A program made the position numbers and the translations under genes. Shown piece after piece: positions 13,407 to 27,327 of a stretch of DNA of 64,000 nt (position 1 is its first letter; every line of letters starts with the position of its first letter). The notes under the pieces are model-generated. The model made no database searches, was not told the DNA's origin, and worked only from the letters and a program-made list of their open reading frames with translations. This DNA is from the human T2T-CHM13v2.0 reference genome, Homo sapiens: assembly GCF_009914755.1 (NCBI RefSeq), contig NC_060947.1. One strand, written 5' to 3'.

Positions 13407-13814
<408 letters not shown>

Positions 13815-14258
13815 TTAATTGCTCTCTACTCTCTGAACATACTATTATATGACATCACTTTCAACAGTGTCGTTGGCAAGCCTTCTCTCACTGTCTGTTG
13901 GCTCTGCTCTCTTTCGTGTTCCCTGCATCCTCAGGCATGCTCGTCGTGGCCACAAGCTTTGCCAAGTTACGTCTTCACAGGATAGCAACCCTAGTCAAAA
14001 GAGAACTTTTGTCTCCCAGGAGTTGAAATCCAAGTCCAGGGATTGGGTTTAATAAAAGTGACTTTGGTCTTGCCTGTCCCCAAGTCATTCACTCTTGTGT
14101 AGAAAACCCTGATTGTCCCTGGGAGCTAGAGTGGTGTCAACCTTACCTAACTCTTTTAAACTGGGGAGTGGCACAGGGGCAGTCCCTAGAAGACAACCGA
14201 GGGGAAGGGAAGGAAGCTGGGAAGTACAACCGCAGAGGTCCACTTCAGCCTCTCTTCA

Positions 14259-14732
<474 letters not shown>

Positions 14733-15416
14733 CTAGTAACAAGGCTTTGGAGCCATGTATTGGTGTAACAAGATATTTTGAAGGAATTGAATTCGTTTTA
14801 TGAGGAAGTTTGAAAAGCAGGGAAATCATTTCAAGCCTATTGAAGTAGGTCAGAAGTAGGGTGATATGAATAGGGCTATGAAACTGATGGGAAGAAAAGT
14901 ACTTAGGTGACAATCTTGTGACTCCAGGAAGTTAGTAAACATGTTAGAGACAGACGCCAACTCCATGCATTCATTCATCTGGGCTGGAATTGATATGCTG
15001 CAGGTTTAGATCTGCCTTGCTTGGCTGGGACACCAACCACTGAATCAAGCTCTGGTCCTCAGCCTCCATGGGCACTTCTGCTCCCTTAAACCCCCAGACT
15101 CCTGTCCCACTCTGCTTCTGGGCCCAGGCTCAACCTGGATCACCAATGTGTGCTTCTGCCTGATTTCTGTCCCCCAGAGATGCTTACTTTATCCTTAGTG
15201 TGGTGTTATGTCTTTTAATATTATTTTTGTATTTTACTTAAAGTAAAATGTTTGGAGCCAAGGAGCCCTCAAACTATCAACTTACAATGCTATCTTCACC
15301 AAAAGTCTGCCCACTTATTAAGAATTTCCCTGAGCATTTCATAACATGTTCCCATCCCGGTTGCCTAATGTTACTTCTTTGTCTTTTTCAATAGTAAAGG
15401 GAAAAGCAGAGAAACG

Positions 15417-15682
15417 ATATATATATATATAATGTGTATATATATGTATAATATATATATAATGTGTATATATGTATAATGTATATATAATGTATATACA
15501 TATATAAATATATATAATGTGTATATAATGTATATACATATATATAATGTATATATAATGTGTATATAGTGTATATACATATATATAATTATATATAATG
15601 TATATACATATATAAATATATATATGTATATACATTATATATAATGTATATACATATATAATTATATATAATGTATATATAA
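15417..15682. repeat. AT-rich (TA)n-derived degenerate tandem array
   Basis: Repeats of TATATAATGTATATACA-like units. A further (TA)n lies at about 15728-15746. Confidence 0.95.
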
Positions 15683-16604
15683 TTTAATTTGTAAAGAATT
15701 TACTTTTGAAAAATAGTTGGACAACTTTTATATATATATATATATAATACGTGTTTAAAAAAAAAACTGATTACAGCCAGAGCTGTAACGAGTCATAGTA
15801 CAGTAATTTTCAAAGCTTGTTCTATGATTTGTGAATAGTGTGCTAGCAGTGTAATGGAGAGGACATGGAGAATTTTACTAAAAATATGAGAAAGCTTATG
15901 GTTTTCATTAGTGGAAGGAATGAAACTAGTGTAGTGTGTCCTGGAGGGGAGAGAAAGTGCCAATCAGTATTACCATTGAGTTTGCTACTTTTGTTATCAT
16001 TCAGTAGCAGGTCTCGCTAGGCAATTTTCAGATGTATACTAAAAGGGATATGACCCTCTACCTGGTGGCAGGACTCAACGGCTGTCCTGTTGTATCCCCA
16101 TTAGTGCCTTTGGCTTTTGCTGTCTGTTCACCCACAATATACCTGTGTGGGTGAGCTTAAAGGAAGGAAAAAACTGGATAGGTTATATCGTGGGTGTACT
16201 TTTGCAAATGTGGTATTTCAGCAGCCTGGAGAATTACCAAGGCAAAAGAGACGATTCTGCAGGCAAATTTAATTACTTTTAAAGAACGAGCAATTCCAAA
16301 TTCCAAGCCTCAGATGAGGTTCTTATCTTCTTTCTCAGGCATTTAAACAGGTTGCTTTCACTTGGAAATCTTAGCTTAGGGGAAAGAATTAGAGATGATT
16401 TAGAGTTTCTTGAATTTTTTTTTAAATTACAGAGGTACTATAGGCTTTTAAAATATATTCAAAACAGTGATTTAGAAATTATAAAACGTGAGTCTTCGGC
16501 TTGCCAAACGATTCCTTCATCTCATTTTCTGGGGGAAATTGTTAAAGAGCTTTCAGTTCATTTACTGGGAATATATCTATACATCTGTAATTACATCTGT
16601 AGAG

Positions 16605-16806
16605 CAGTAGTTCTCAGCCAGGGGTGATTTTGCCCCCCAGGGGACTGTTGGGAATATCTTGAGACTTTTTGGTTGTCACAACTGAGAAGTGCTATTGGCT
16701 GAGTAGAGGCCAAGGTTGCTGCTAAACATCCTACAACACACAGGACAGCCCCACGGCGGAGAACCATCCTGCCCAGAATGTCGAATGCCACAGTTAAGAA
16801 ACCCTA
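16605..16806 (+). mobile_element. MER20 hAT-Charlie MITE
   Basis: CAGTAGTTCTCAGCCAGGGGTGATTTTGCCCCCCAGGGGAC...TGCTGCTAAACATCCTACAA...AGAAACCCT. Confidence 0.92.
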
Positions 16807-17568
16807 ACCTACATATTTTCTTCATATAAGAAAGCATGAAATAGGTACGATGTTATAGAAAATAATTCTGAGAAGTAAAGCACCATTGTTTCTTAGACGT
16901 TCTTATGGGGACTCTACCCACTAATGATCCAGAAGAATTTTCTTTCTCTTTTTAAAAGTCTTTAAATAATTTTTAGAGCAAGCATTGAAGTAACATTTAC
17001 TCCCAATTCCACTCACTCAGTTAGGCAAAGGTCATCTTGCTGATTCGGCCAGGTTGTACCCTACCTTGGGGAAAATCAGGACAATAGGTTGGAAGCCTGA
17101 AGCTGCTTAGATGAATAGCTCCTTGGCCATCACCAAATCAGGATAGGATGTCACTGGGGACAGGGGGTCCTGGCTGGGACTAAACGAGATTCGAGGCACA
17201 ATTAGCTCATAATGACAATTACCTGCTTAATAGCTAGAAAAAGCCAGCAGTCCCATCTGCACCTACCTCCCACACCTCCAAAAGACATGGTGATTGGATG
17301 CCTTTCTGCTTTATAATAAGCCCTTTATGCTTATTTTGATCTGCCTGTCACTTGAATAAAAATGTCAGGAGGTGGAAAAAACAAGAAGTTTGAAAGAAGC
17401 AGAACCTAAAGGTTTTTTCCCCCTAGGCTGTTCCACAGTGTGTGCTGAGAACCGCATCCCAGTGTAGAAATTCCTATCTTGGAAGAGGGAAGACTCTTTG
17501 AGTCCAAGTTCACGAATATAAACAAGGCCTACTCTGCCAATGACAACAAGATGGTTGCCTCTCAGAGA

Positions 17569-17658
17569 CTTCCTTCCTTTGTTTCTTTCTTCCTTCTTTC
17601 TTTCCTACTTTTTTTCCTTTCTTTCTTCCTTCCTTTTCTTTCTTCTTTCCTTCTTTCC
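17569..17658. repeat. (CTTT/CTTC)n polypyrimidine tract
   Basis: Seen directly. Confidence 0.9.
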
Positions 17659-18289
17659 AAAAAATCATATCTTAGAAAACCTCAAACTTCTTAGAAAATG
17701 AATTATTGGAAAAGTACAAATATATAAAATTTAAAAATTTTGGTATGCACCAGTCTACATAGTGGAGATTATAGGAACAAGACAGAAGAATCAAGTTTAA
17801 GGCCATTCATGGTATTTTGAAAACCTCATTCTATAAATAACATGTATACTTCTATTTCAAAATATATTAAGTCATCAATTAGCATCTTGTCACCAATTGA
17901 TATTTATTAAGAAATTAATGGAGGCCTAGCATTTTGCTAGACACAATGCATATTTATTCCGGGCAAGTAGACATGAAAATCTTTCCTGTGGCCTTTATCA
18001 TATGCCATGATTCATCATGCATGAAATCTAAATATTCTTTATCCTGAGCTTAATTTGAATCTTCATCATTGAAAACAGGTGCGTGATTGAAGAGACAAAT
18101 GCAGTACTATGAGTAGGGCAAGCAAGCTTTGATTCTAAATCTCACCATTAGCTTGCAGTAGGACATGGCTGCATTTTCCTGGGACAAAGACATCCAAAGT
18201 TTACCCCAAGATAATATCATTCATGACACCTTTCTCCCAGATTTTTGCTTCCTCCTTTTGGCTTCTAAGGAAATCAAAGGAAAAACAAA

Positions 18290-18890
18290 TATATTTTAAA
18301 TCCAACCGTTTCCCATTACTCTCACTGGGACCCCCTGGTCCCAGCCTCAGTCTTCTCCAACTCAGTCAGTGCAACAATCCCCTCAGCTGTCGCCCTGCTC
18401 TTGCCCTGGCCTCCTGCAGCCTCTTCTCTGTGGAGCGGGCAGAGGGATTCTCTTAAGAAGGAACAAAGATCATACCACACCTCTGCTCAAAAACCTCCAG
18501 TGGCTCCTCATTTCACTCAGAGCCAGTGCCCCGTCTTCGGCCACTGTCTGCGTAGGGCCTTTGCACATGCCATTCCCTCCATCTGGAGGGCCTCCTCTCC
18601 CTAGATGGTCAGGACTTCCTTTTAGCTCTAGTCTGTTTCATCCTGTAGGCCTTCACTAACAGCCTCCCCAGCAACTTCTCCGCATTGCCACAGCACTCCC
18701 TGTACTTTTTCTTGGAATGTTTTCTCCATGCCACTTATAACCCACCCAAGACACTTTCTTTATTTGTGTATTGGTTTACTATCTGTCTGCCCTAATTGAA
18801 TGAAAGTTCTAGGCAGGCAAGAATTTTTGTCTTTCTAAACTACTATATCCCCCATGCCCAGAACTATATCTGGTACAAATATTTAATGAA
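18290..18890 (+). mobile_element. L2 LINE 3' region
   Basis: AAAACCTCCAGTGGCTCC, GGGCCTTTGCACATGC and a degenerate L2 3' end. Confidence 0.75.
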
Positions 18891-19042
18891 GAAAAAATAA
18901 AAACCACCTGCTTCAATCAGTGCTTCTGTTTTTCTAACCCATTGAAAAGGACTACAAGTCCACCCAAGCATGAGGAATGCTAAGCAGATTAGGATCCATC
19001 CAGATTTCCTTGTATCCAATTGCACATTAAAAATCTACTAGC

Positions 19043-19693
<651 letters not shown>

Positions 19694-20100
19694 TCTACTT
19701 AGGGTTTTTGATTAGGTTACTAATGACAAAATATTTTGATAATTAATACATACTTGCAGCATGCATAAAAGTGCGACCACATGCAGTAAGCATGTGCAAC
19801 TAACTACACATACATCTAAATCAACTTCATATTTACAAACTCTAGTTTTACCACCAATAAATTCAACTCTGAGGTATAGGCAATGTTTTGCTAACCTGCT
19901 GGAGAGAGGACCAAGTATCAGTTAATCTGGCAAGAATTTTTTTCTGTTTTATGCATTACTATTTCCTCAATGCCTAGAACTGTACCTGGTACAAATATTT
20001 AATGAAGAAAAAACAAAAACCACACCTCTTCAATCAATGCTTCTGTTTTTCTAACTCATTGAAAAGGAGTACATGGCTACCTGACGACAAGCATATAGCC

Positions 20101-20424
20101 CAGCACTGTCTAACAGAAACCTAACAGGAGCCGTATTTTAAATGTTCTAACCCTGTCTCTAAAAAAACAAAACTAGTAGTTCATTTAAAAAGTAAAATGA
20201 AAGAGGTGAAATGTGATTTTAGTAATATATTTTCTTTAACCTCATATATAAAAAATATTATTTCAACAAGAAATCAATATTAAAAGGATTAATGAGAAAC
20301 TTGGCATCCTTTTTTGCACTAAGTCTTCAAAATCCCATGTATATTTGATACTTAGAGCATGTCTCGATTTGGACACATTTCCAGTGTTCAGTGGGGCTGC
20401 TGGCTACCATATTGGATGGCACAG
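20101..20424 (+). mobile_element. MER33 hAT-Charlie MITE
   Basis: CAGCACTGTCTAACAGAAA...ACTAAGTCTTCAAAATCC...GGCTACCATATTGGATGGCACAG. Confidence 0.85.
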
Positions 20425-20477
20425 ACAGAAACATTCTCTGTTAACTGCCTCAATGGCCCATATTAATGTTACTATTA

Positions 20478-21052
20478 ACTCATTCAAGCCAATCAAATTT
20501 TTGAGTGCCTGCCATGTCTCAGGAAATATTCTAAGGTTTAGGATACAAACAGAACAGACAGATTTCCCTTCCTATCCAGAATTTCTATTCTAGTCAGGAA
20601 ACATGAGCCATGAACAAAGTAAGGAGTGAAATATTTGCAGCAGGTAAGATGCTGGGCAGTGCTGTGGAGAGGGGTTGTAGGGAAGGGCCTGGGGTGGGGA
20701 GGACTGCAACTGTCAGAGGATGATTCTAGGAGGCCTCACGGAGGCAGTGGCCCCTGAGCTGCCTGAGGGAGGTAAGGGAGCAGGCTTGGGACATGGAGAG
20801 GAAGAAGGCTTCAGGCAGAGGAACAGCAGGAGCACAGACCCTGAGATAGGAGTGTTTTTGGAGTGTCCAGGGATCTGCAAGAGGGCAATTGTGGGCTGGG
20901 GTGGGGACAGCAAAAGGCAGCATGGAAGGTAATGAGGTTGGAGAGAGAAGGGGAGCAGCGTAAGGGCTTGGTGGAACTTTGGCTTTTGCCCTGAACAAAA
21001 ATGGGAGCCTTGAGAGGGTTTTAAATGGAAGGGTCATAAGACCTAGATTTTA
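20478..21052 (-). mobile_element. L2 LINE fragment
   Basis: Antisense L2 (TTTTTGAGTGCCTGCCATGT, AGGCAGAGGAACAGC, ATGGGAGCC...GAGGGTTTT). Confidence 0.75.
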
Positions 21053-21574
21053 CTAGCACCTTTTGGTTGAGCCCATACCTTGCTGCAAATCCTTGTGCAC
21101 TCCTTTTTTCCCACCATTTCCTTTTGCACATTTGCCCTGGGCTGCAGCACTAGAATGCTCTGCAGAAATGTGGTTGATCTCGTCAAAGAAGACCCTCATC
21201 CTATCCTCTGTTCTGCAGCAGCTCCTTCTTTGGCCATTTAGCCATGTAGACAGACAGAAGGACTATACATTCAGCTCTCAGGAAGGCCGCCACGTGGGAG
21301 GAAAAAGATCAGTTCTGGGCAATGGCTTCCATAAAGCAGATGTCTCGTGGAAATCAAATACACCTCCTCCCCAGAGTGCATTCCATTTGTTCAGATTAAA
21401 ATATATCCTAGCTGAAACTAAGACTTCATCCTTCAAAGGCCTGCCTCCATGTTTCAACATGGAGACCATGAGAAATGCCCTCTAGAGCATCATTTTCGTT
21501 TGTCGGTGGTATATAAAATAATGTTGTATCCTACAATATCTATATATTGTGTCTTAGATTCAATAAAATATTGT

Positions 21575-21728
21575 ATTAGCCCATTTTATAAATAAACTGA
21601 GGCATGGAGTGGTTAAGATACCTCCCCAAGCTCACACGGCTAGTAGGGTTACTGATGGAAACTCAGAGACAGAATTCAAATCCAGGCACTCTGACCCTAG
21701 AGCCAACATACTTCACCTATACTATCTT
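21575..21728 (-). mobile_element. MIR SINE
   Basis: CCCATTTTATA...AAACTGAGGCATGGAG...GAATTCAAATCCAGGCA. Confidence 0.75.
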
Positions 21729-22310
21729 GGAAGGTAATTATAACAAGAATAAACATAGTATTTCCTATGCTTAGCATGGCATTGGTGAGATTTAGTGAAT
21801 CGTATGTAACTAGGAGACAAACAAGTCCCTATTCTCTGGGGTCCAGACCCAGCATGCTTAACCTACACTACATTACTTACACAAACTTAGCATTCTACGT
21901 TCTGTGGGTATACCTTCTCTGATCATAAGATGATATGAATTAGAAAGTTCACAGGAGCAACAAACTCAATTGCTTTTTGATTATAAATTCTAAACAGCAG
22001 TGTGCTGCATTTATCCAACTGGTGACTGAGCAGAGAACTGGTACATACTTTACTTACTGATGCAATGAGACTGCTTTCCTTAGTAGATAGAACTCATTCA
22101 ACTCTGGATTTAATCCATCCTCTGCAAGGATTAAAAATGGAATAGGGAAAAGTGAAATGGAGAAATTAGGAGGTGATTAGATTTTTTATTAATATAGAAT
22201 GGAAATAATGTAAATTCTGGAGGCAAACTGAGCACTTATGGTATGAAAAATTGTAAAGCTGTTTCAACCGCTTCTTAGATGGTACCCTTTTTATGTACTA
22301 CCAGAAAATG

Positions 22311-22410
22311 CAGAAAAAAGAAAGAAGGAAGGAAGGGAGGGAGAGAGGGAAGAAAAGAAGGAAGGGAGGGAGAGAGGGAGGAAGGAAGGGAGAGAGGAAC
22401 GAAGGAAAGA
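22311..22410. repeat. GA-rich polypurine tract (GGAA/GGGA)
   Basis: Seen directly. Confidence 0.9.
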
Positions 22411-23013
22411 TTTGTTCAGGGGTAGGTTGGAGTTAAATATGATGTTTACTGCATAGATCACCATCAAGAAAAGAGGAAATTAGCTTAACCAGATGAGATA
22501 TATACAAAAATAATTACAGCTCACAAGTTTAAACTTTGCTCACCAGGCAGCTCTTTGAAATCCTAATTTCTAACTTGGGGCTAACAACCAAAAACCACTT
22601 CTCATTATTTAAGAAATCAGGGTTTGGACTCCAGTTGCCTCACATTCTAAATTCAATGTCAAATGACAGAGTTACCTGGTTTAAAACATACTCGTTCTTC
22701 CTTTCAACATTTTGATATCAGCTGTTTTGTGGGTCATGAAATGTAGCAAAATCCAGAAAAGTTTAAGTCTGTTGATAAGGTAAAGGCAACTTCTGGACCA
22801 ACTGGAAATTTGTTGGCTTGGATTTGACTAATCATTTCTGTATATTCAGTTACATCTTATCTCTGTTTGTGTGGTCACATGGTATACTTGAAACAAAAAA
22901 GAATGATTTTATCAATTGAGATAAATAAAAAGGGACAAAATACATAGAAATCTTCCCAGAGTCAAGATCCACCTTGTAGAACTTGAAATAAAAATGATGG
23001 CAGAGGACAAGAG

Positions 23014-23192
23014 AATAGCTATCATTTATCTGACACTGACTGCCACATCATCTCATTGAATTCCCACCATAACCCTCTGAGGTAAATATCATCATCATTC
23101 CCATTTTACAGATAAGAAACTCTATCTCAGAATGGTTAATAATTTATTTAAGGCTACACAACTAATAAAAGGCAGATCAGGCTTCAAACCAT
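23014..23192 (-). mobile_element. MIR SINE
   Basis: CCCATTTTACAGATAAGAAAC core in reverse orientation. Confidence 0.75.
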
Positions 23193-24171
23193 TCTATCAC
23201 ATGTGACTCACTATATGTGTAATTATCTCCAAACATATGAATTTCAAAACATATCTGGCCACAATGATTTGGGGTAAAGGATCATTGGCCTGTATTTTAT
23301 TAAGATTCCCACTTACATTTCTAGTGGTCCAGGAGTTAGATTTCAGTGAGGTAGAAAGTCCTGTCATGAGGTAATAGAGTTTATTTTCTGCTATGAGGTC
23401 AGATAACTATGGTGTTTTTCAGAATTTGCATCATTAGAATTAACTACATAAAGGTAGTGCCTACCCATATAGAGATGAGTATTTTTATATTTTAGAAAAA
23501 GACAATACAGTGTACATAATGTCTATTATTAATTCCCTCAGCAGGTCTTGGGGTAGCACCCTATAATCAAACACATTAACATTTCTGCAATGTAATGTAT
23601 GAATATTCACCCTAAATGGGAAAAAGACTGTAAATAGCCTCTGGATAATTGAAGTCAAATTTTGCTAACAAATCACTGATGAAAAAACACTTCAGGTTTT
23701 CAAAGCATTTAGATCATGGAATTGTGCATAAAGAACTGTGAACCTACGTATTACATACTTCTTTGCCTTTAGAAAGAGGATTCTGAGCGATATCTGTCAC
23801 TGGCTCCAAAAAGTTCTCCCTTTTAAATAAGGCAACTTCTCTGAACAAGATTAAACAGGATAAATATTCCCTTCCCTGCTTTCCATATAAATATACAGTG
23901 CAATCAGCTTCCAGTCTATGGGGCCCCTTCCCCAGCATATGCAGCTCAGCTATGTACCACCCCCTGTGAGATCATGAGAGCTTGGGTGGATAGAATGTAT
24001 ACAATCTGCTTTTTACTTTTCTGGAGTCTTCTCTGCAACCACCCTGGTAAAGCCTATTTTATATTTATACCTTCTGGTGCCAGTGGTGTATGCATCTGTG
24101 TCCCCTTTGCACAAGACCACATAACCACTTACCTAAAAGGAACTAGAAAGTTCATCTAGCCTAATTCTCTA

Positions 24172-24695
24172 TCATAGTAGCCTCTAAGATGCCACAATGG
24201 AACCAACTGCCTGGTATTAACACCCTAGTATAGTCCCCTCCGACTTTGTACCAGTGTTGGTTCTTGTGATCAACAGAATACAGGAGAAATCATAATACAT
24301 TGCTTCAGAGATTAGGTTATAAAAGACACTGTGTGCTTTTGCTCATGCTCTTGCTCTCTCTCTCATCACTAAGCTCCAGGGGAAGGGAAGTGGCAGTCAT
24401 GAAGACACTCAATCAGCCTTATAGAGTCCATGTGGTAAGGAGTTGAGGCCTCCTGCCACATGAGTGAACCATGTTAGAAACAACCTCCAGCCCCGGTCAA
24501 GCCTTCAGATGACTGCAGCCCTAGCTGACATCTCAACTTCAACCAAAAGGAGCCCCTGAATCTGATTCTGATTCAGTGGTTCTGACCACTCAGCTAAGGT
24601 GCTCCCCAATTATCAACCCACAGAGTAAGTGTTTGTTGTGTTAAGCCACTAGATTGTGTGAGTATTTTGTTACACAGCAATACATAACTAATACA
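24172..24695 (+). mobile_element. MLT1F-like solo LTR
   Basis: GAGATTAGGTTATAAAAGACACTG, GTCAAGCCTTCAGATGACTGCAGCCC and a 3' end GTTACACAGCAATACATAACTAATACA. Confidence 0.85.
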
Positions 24696-25601
24696 CTCTC
24701 CCATTTCACAGAAGACCAGATGGTATCTTAGAGACATCAGGAAATGCTCCAGAACCCTCCCAGTTCTATGACTCCTAGGGCCAGCCCAGCTCACTTGTTA
24801 TGTGGAATGGGCAGAAGGCCTCTTAATTTTTTAATTTCCCAGGATCTTCTATTTTTTCACATAGATACTGGAAGCCCCTGGAAAATCTGGCCAATAACTC
24901 AGCTGTGAAAAGAAAAGTTTAGCACAGATGTCCTGATTCAGAAGGGATGCTTCCCACTTGTTAAATTTCCCAAAATAGCCCTTGTTTGTAGGCTTGTTTT
25001 TCAGGAGTGACTTTTGTTTTTTCCTATAATGGTGAAACTTTCTAGACTGCAGTTGTTAAGTCAGGAAAAATGAGAAAGCATTTAGCCCCTTTCCTTTCCC
25101 TGGTGTTGAAGAGCATGTTCTTAATGACTGGGCTACTCTCTGAAGGGTTTTATGACAGTATTGACTCTGGCCTAGCCTTCCTGATTGCGTCAGACCCCAA
25201 AGCTGCAGCTGTCCTCCTGCTTAGGTTACGTGATGAATGATTCCATTCCCTGTTCTAATGCTGACTGCCTTCTCTCCCCAGCTGCAGTTTACATACAGGA
25301 TGTATTTCCTGTCTGAAGCCCCCATCTGCCTATCATATTTCCATATGCCACATGCTTATGTGTTTTAGGTACAGATGGAGACATTAGTCATGTAATTCAT
25401 CACATGGGAAATTCACAGGCTGGCTATTTTATTTCAGTTTAAGTATTAATTTCTACCTTTGCTAGTAGTAGAAAAATCCCAGAACATCAATGAGAATTTT
25501 AGGTAAAATATCTGCCACCATTTAATATTACTGGATCCTTCCTTTTAAGGTTAAAATGAGGCATGACACATCCAAAGTTATAGAAAAATACACAAACCTA
25601 G

Positions 25602-26082
25602 TATGGTAGATTAATTTTAACAATGTCCCCAATTCTTCACCCCTTTGTTCTTTCACCTGAAACTTTGCTATGCCTCTTTCTAAGTAGGCAGTGTCTATTC
25701 CCATCCCTTGAATCTAGGCTGCCCTTGTGACTTGCTTTGGCCAATAGAATATGGCAGAGGTGACTGCGTATCAGTTCCAAGCCTTGGCCTGAAGGGATCT
25801 TGCAGCTCCCATTCTTTCTCTTGGAACATCACATCTTGCATCCACCATGTTAACTTGCCCAGGCTAGCCAATGAGCAGCTGACAGACATGTGAGAAACCC
25901 CAGCCAAGATCCCAGAACCACTGACTTGACATACATCTGATCACAAATGTGTACATAAACACAGCAAAAATAACCACTCAGGCATCTTATAGACTCATAA
26001 GCAATAATAATTGATTTTTATGTCACTGAATTTTGGGATGATTTGTTATGTGGCATTATTGTAGCAATCAGTAACTGATGCA
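25602..26082 (+). mobile_element. MLT1H/G-like solo LTR
   Basis: CCCTTGAATCTAGGCTG...GTGACTTGCTTTGGCCAATAGAAT with 3' end GCAATCAGTAACTGATGCA. Confidence 0.8.
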
Positions 26083-26743
26083 CATGGGCCAGTTTTTGTT
26101 GCTGTTGTTTGTATTTTGTGGCATGCTTAGGCCCCCAGGCAGAAGCCAGGCTATGAGAGAGGCTTTCCAGAGAGGGTATTTTCCATATCCTGTCTGAGGA
26201 ATGTAAACCTGGCTGACTGAGATCCCAGTTGAAGGGAGGGGCTTGGGTACTACCCAACAGTGTGCAGACTTCTAGATAATCTTCCTGTTTCCAGCACAGT
26301 ACCATTACCCTTGACTGAATTTAGTTTCCTTCCAGAGTCTAGTCCCACTGATTCAGCATTTCCAGGGTACAAAACTCCTACCCTCTGCTGGGGGTTCTAA
26401 CTGCTTCTTATACAGATGTTTAACAAATCTGCTTGCTTTAAGCAGCACTTGCCTTCCATTTTCAGAGGTGTCTAGTTCCATGAATTCCTGAGCATTTGCT
26501 GGGGGTTCTTGTTCTGACTTGAGCTGGTTTTCAGCCTTCCCTACTGCCAGGTTGGAGTTCTCTGGGCAGATGAGGCAAGACCTTAAGGCAGAGCAAACCG
26601 TCAGGCTTCCTACCATTTGCACAAGGTCAGGGAGAGGCTAGGCTGGGCTGGGTGGGTTCTTGAGATCATAAGTAAGGATGACCCACAGGGAGAAAGAGGC
26701 TTGATTAAAGCAATGTGAGGGAAAATAGCTATGGAAGAGATAG

Positions 26744-27327
26744 TGATATGGTTTGGCTCTGTGTTCCCACCCAAATCTCATCTCGAATTGTAATCCCCAT
26801 GTGTCATGGGAGAGACCTGGTGGGAGGTGATTGGATCATGAGGACAGTTTCCCCCATGCTGTTCTCGCTCACCAGAGTTGATGGTTTTAAAAGTGTTTGG
26901 CAGTTCCCCCTTTGCTCTCTTCTCTGTTTTGCCTGCCACCATGTAAGACATGCCTTGCTTTCCCTTCACCTTCCACTTTTTTTTTTTTTTTTTTTTTTGA
27001 GATGGAGTCTCACTCTGTTGCCCAGACTGGAGCGCAGTGGTGCGATCTCGGCTCACTGAAGCCTCCACCTCCCAAGTTCAAGCAATTCTCCTGCCTCAGC
27101 TTCCTGAGTAGCTGGGATTACAGGCACACACCACCATGCCTGGCTAATTTGCTAATTTTTTAGTAGAGACAGGCTGGCTTTCACCATGTTGGCCAGGCTG
27201 GTCTTAAACTCCTGACCTCAAGTGATCTGCCTACCTCAGCTTCCCAAAGTGCTGGGATTACAGGCGTAAGCCACCGCACCCGGCCTCAGGTAGTATCTTT
27301 ATAACAGTGTGAAAATGGACTAATACA
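26744..27327 (+). mobile_element. THE1(D-like) solo LTR interrupted by an Alu
   Basis: TGATATGGTTTGGCTCTGTG...GAAAATGGACTAATACA with TSD GATAG/GACAG. Confidence 0.9.
26977..27285 (-). mobile_element. Alu (AluS-type) inside the THE1 LTR
   Basis: Poly-T plus full reverse dimer. No TSD is visible. Confidence 0.96.

Noticed and set aside
15339-15635. Tyr/Ile-rich ORFs
   Set aside because: Translation of the AT-rich tandem array.
17190-17370. Homeodomain/MEIS-like motif clusters (also about 46060-46220 and 50640-50830) as conserved enhancers
   Set aside because: TAAT, TTTAT and TGACA words are frequent in AT-rich DNA and cannot be supported without conservation or chromatin data.
21063-21485. 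Longest ORF (140 aa)
   Set aside because: Non-ATG start, no recognisable domain and no clear exon boundaries. This length is expected by chance in 64 kb.
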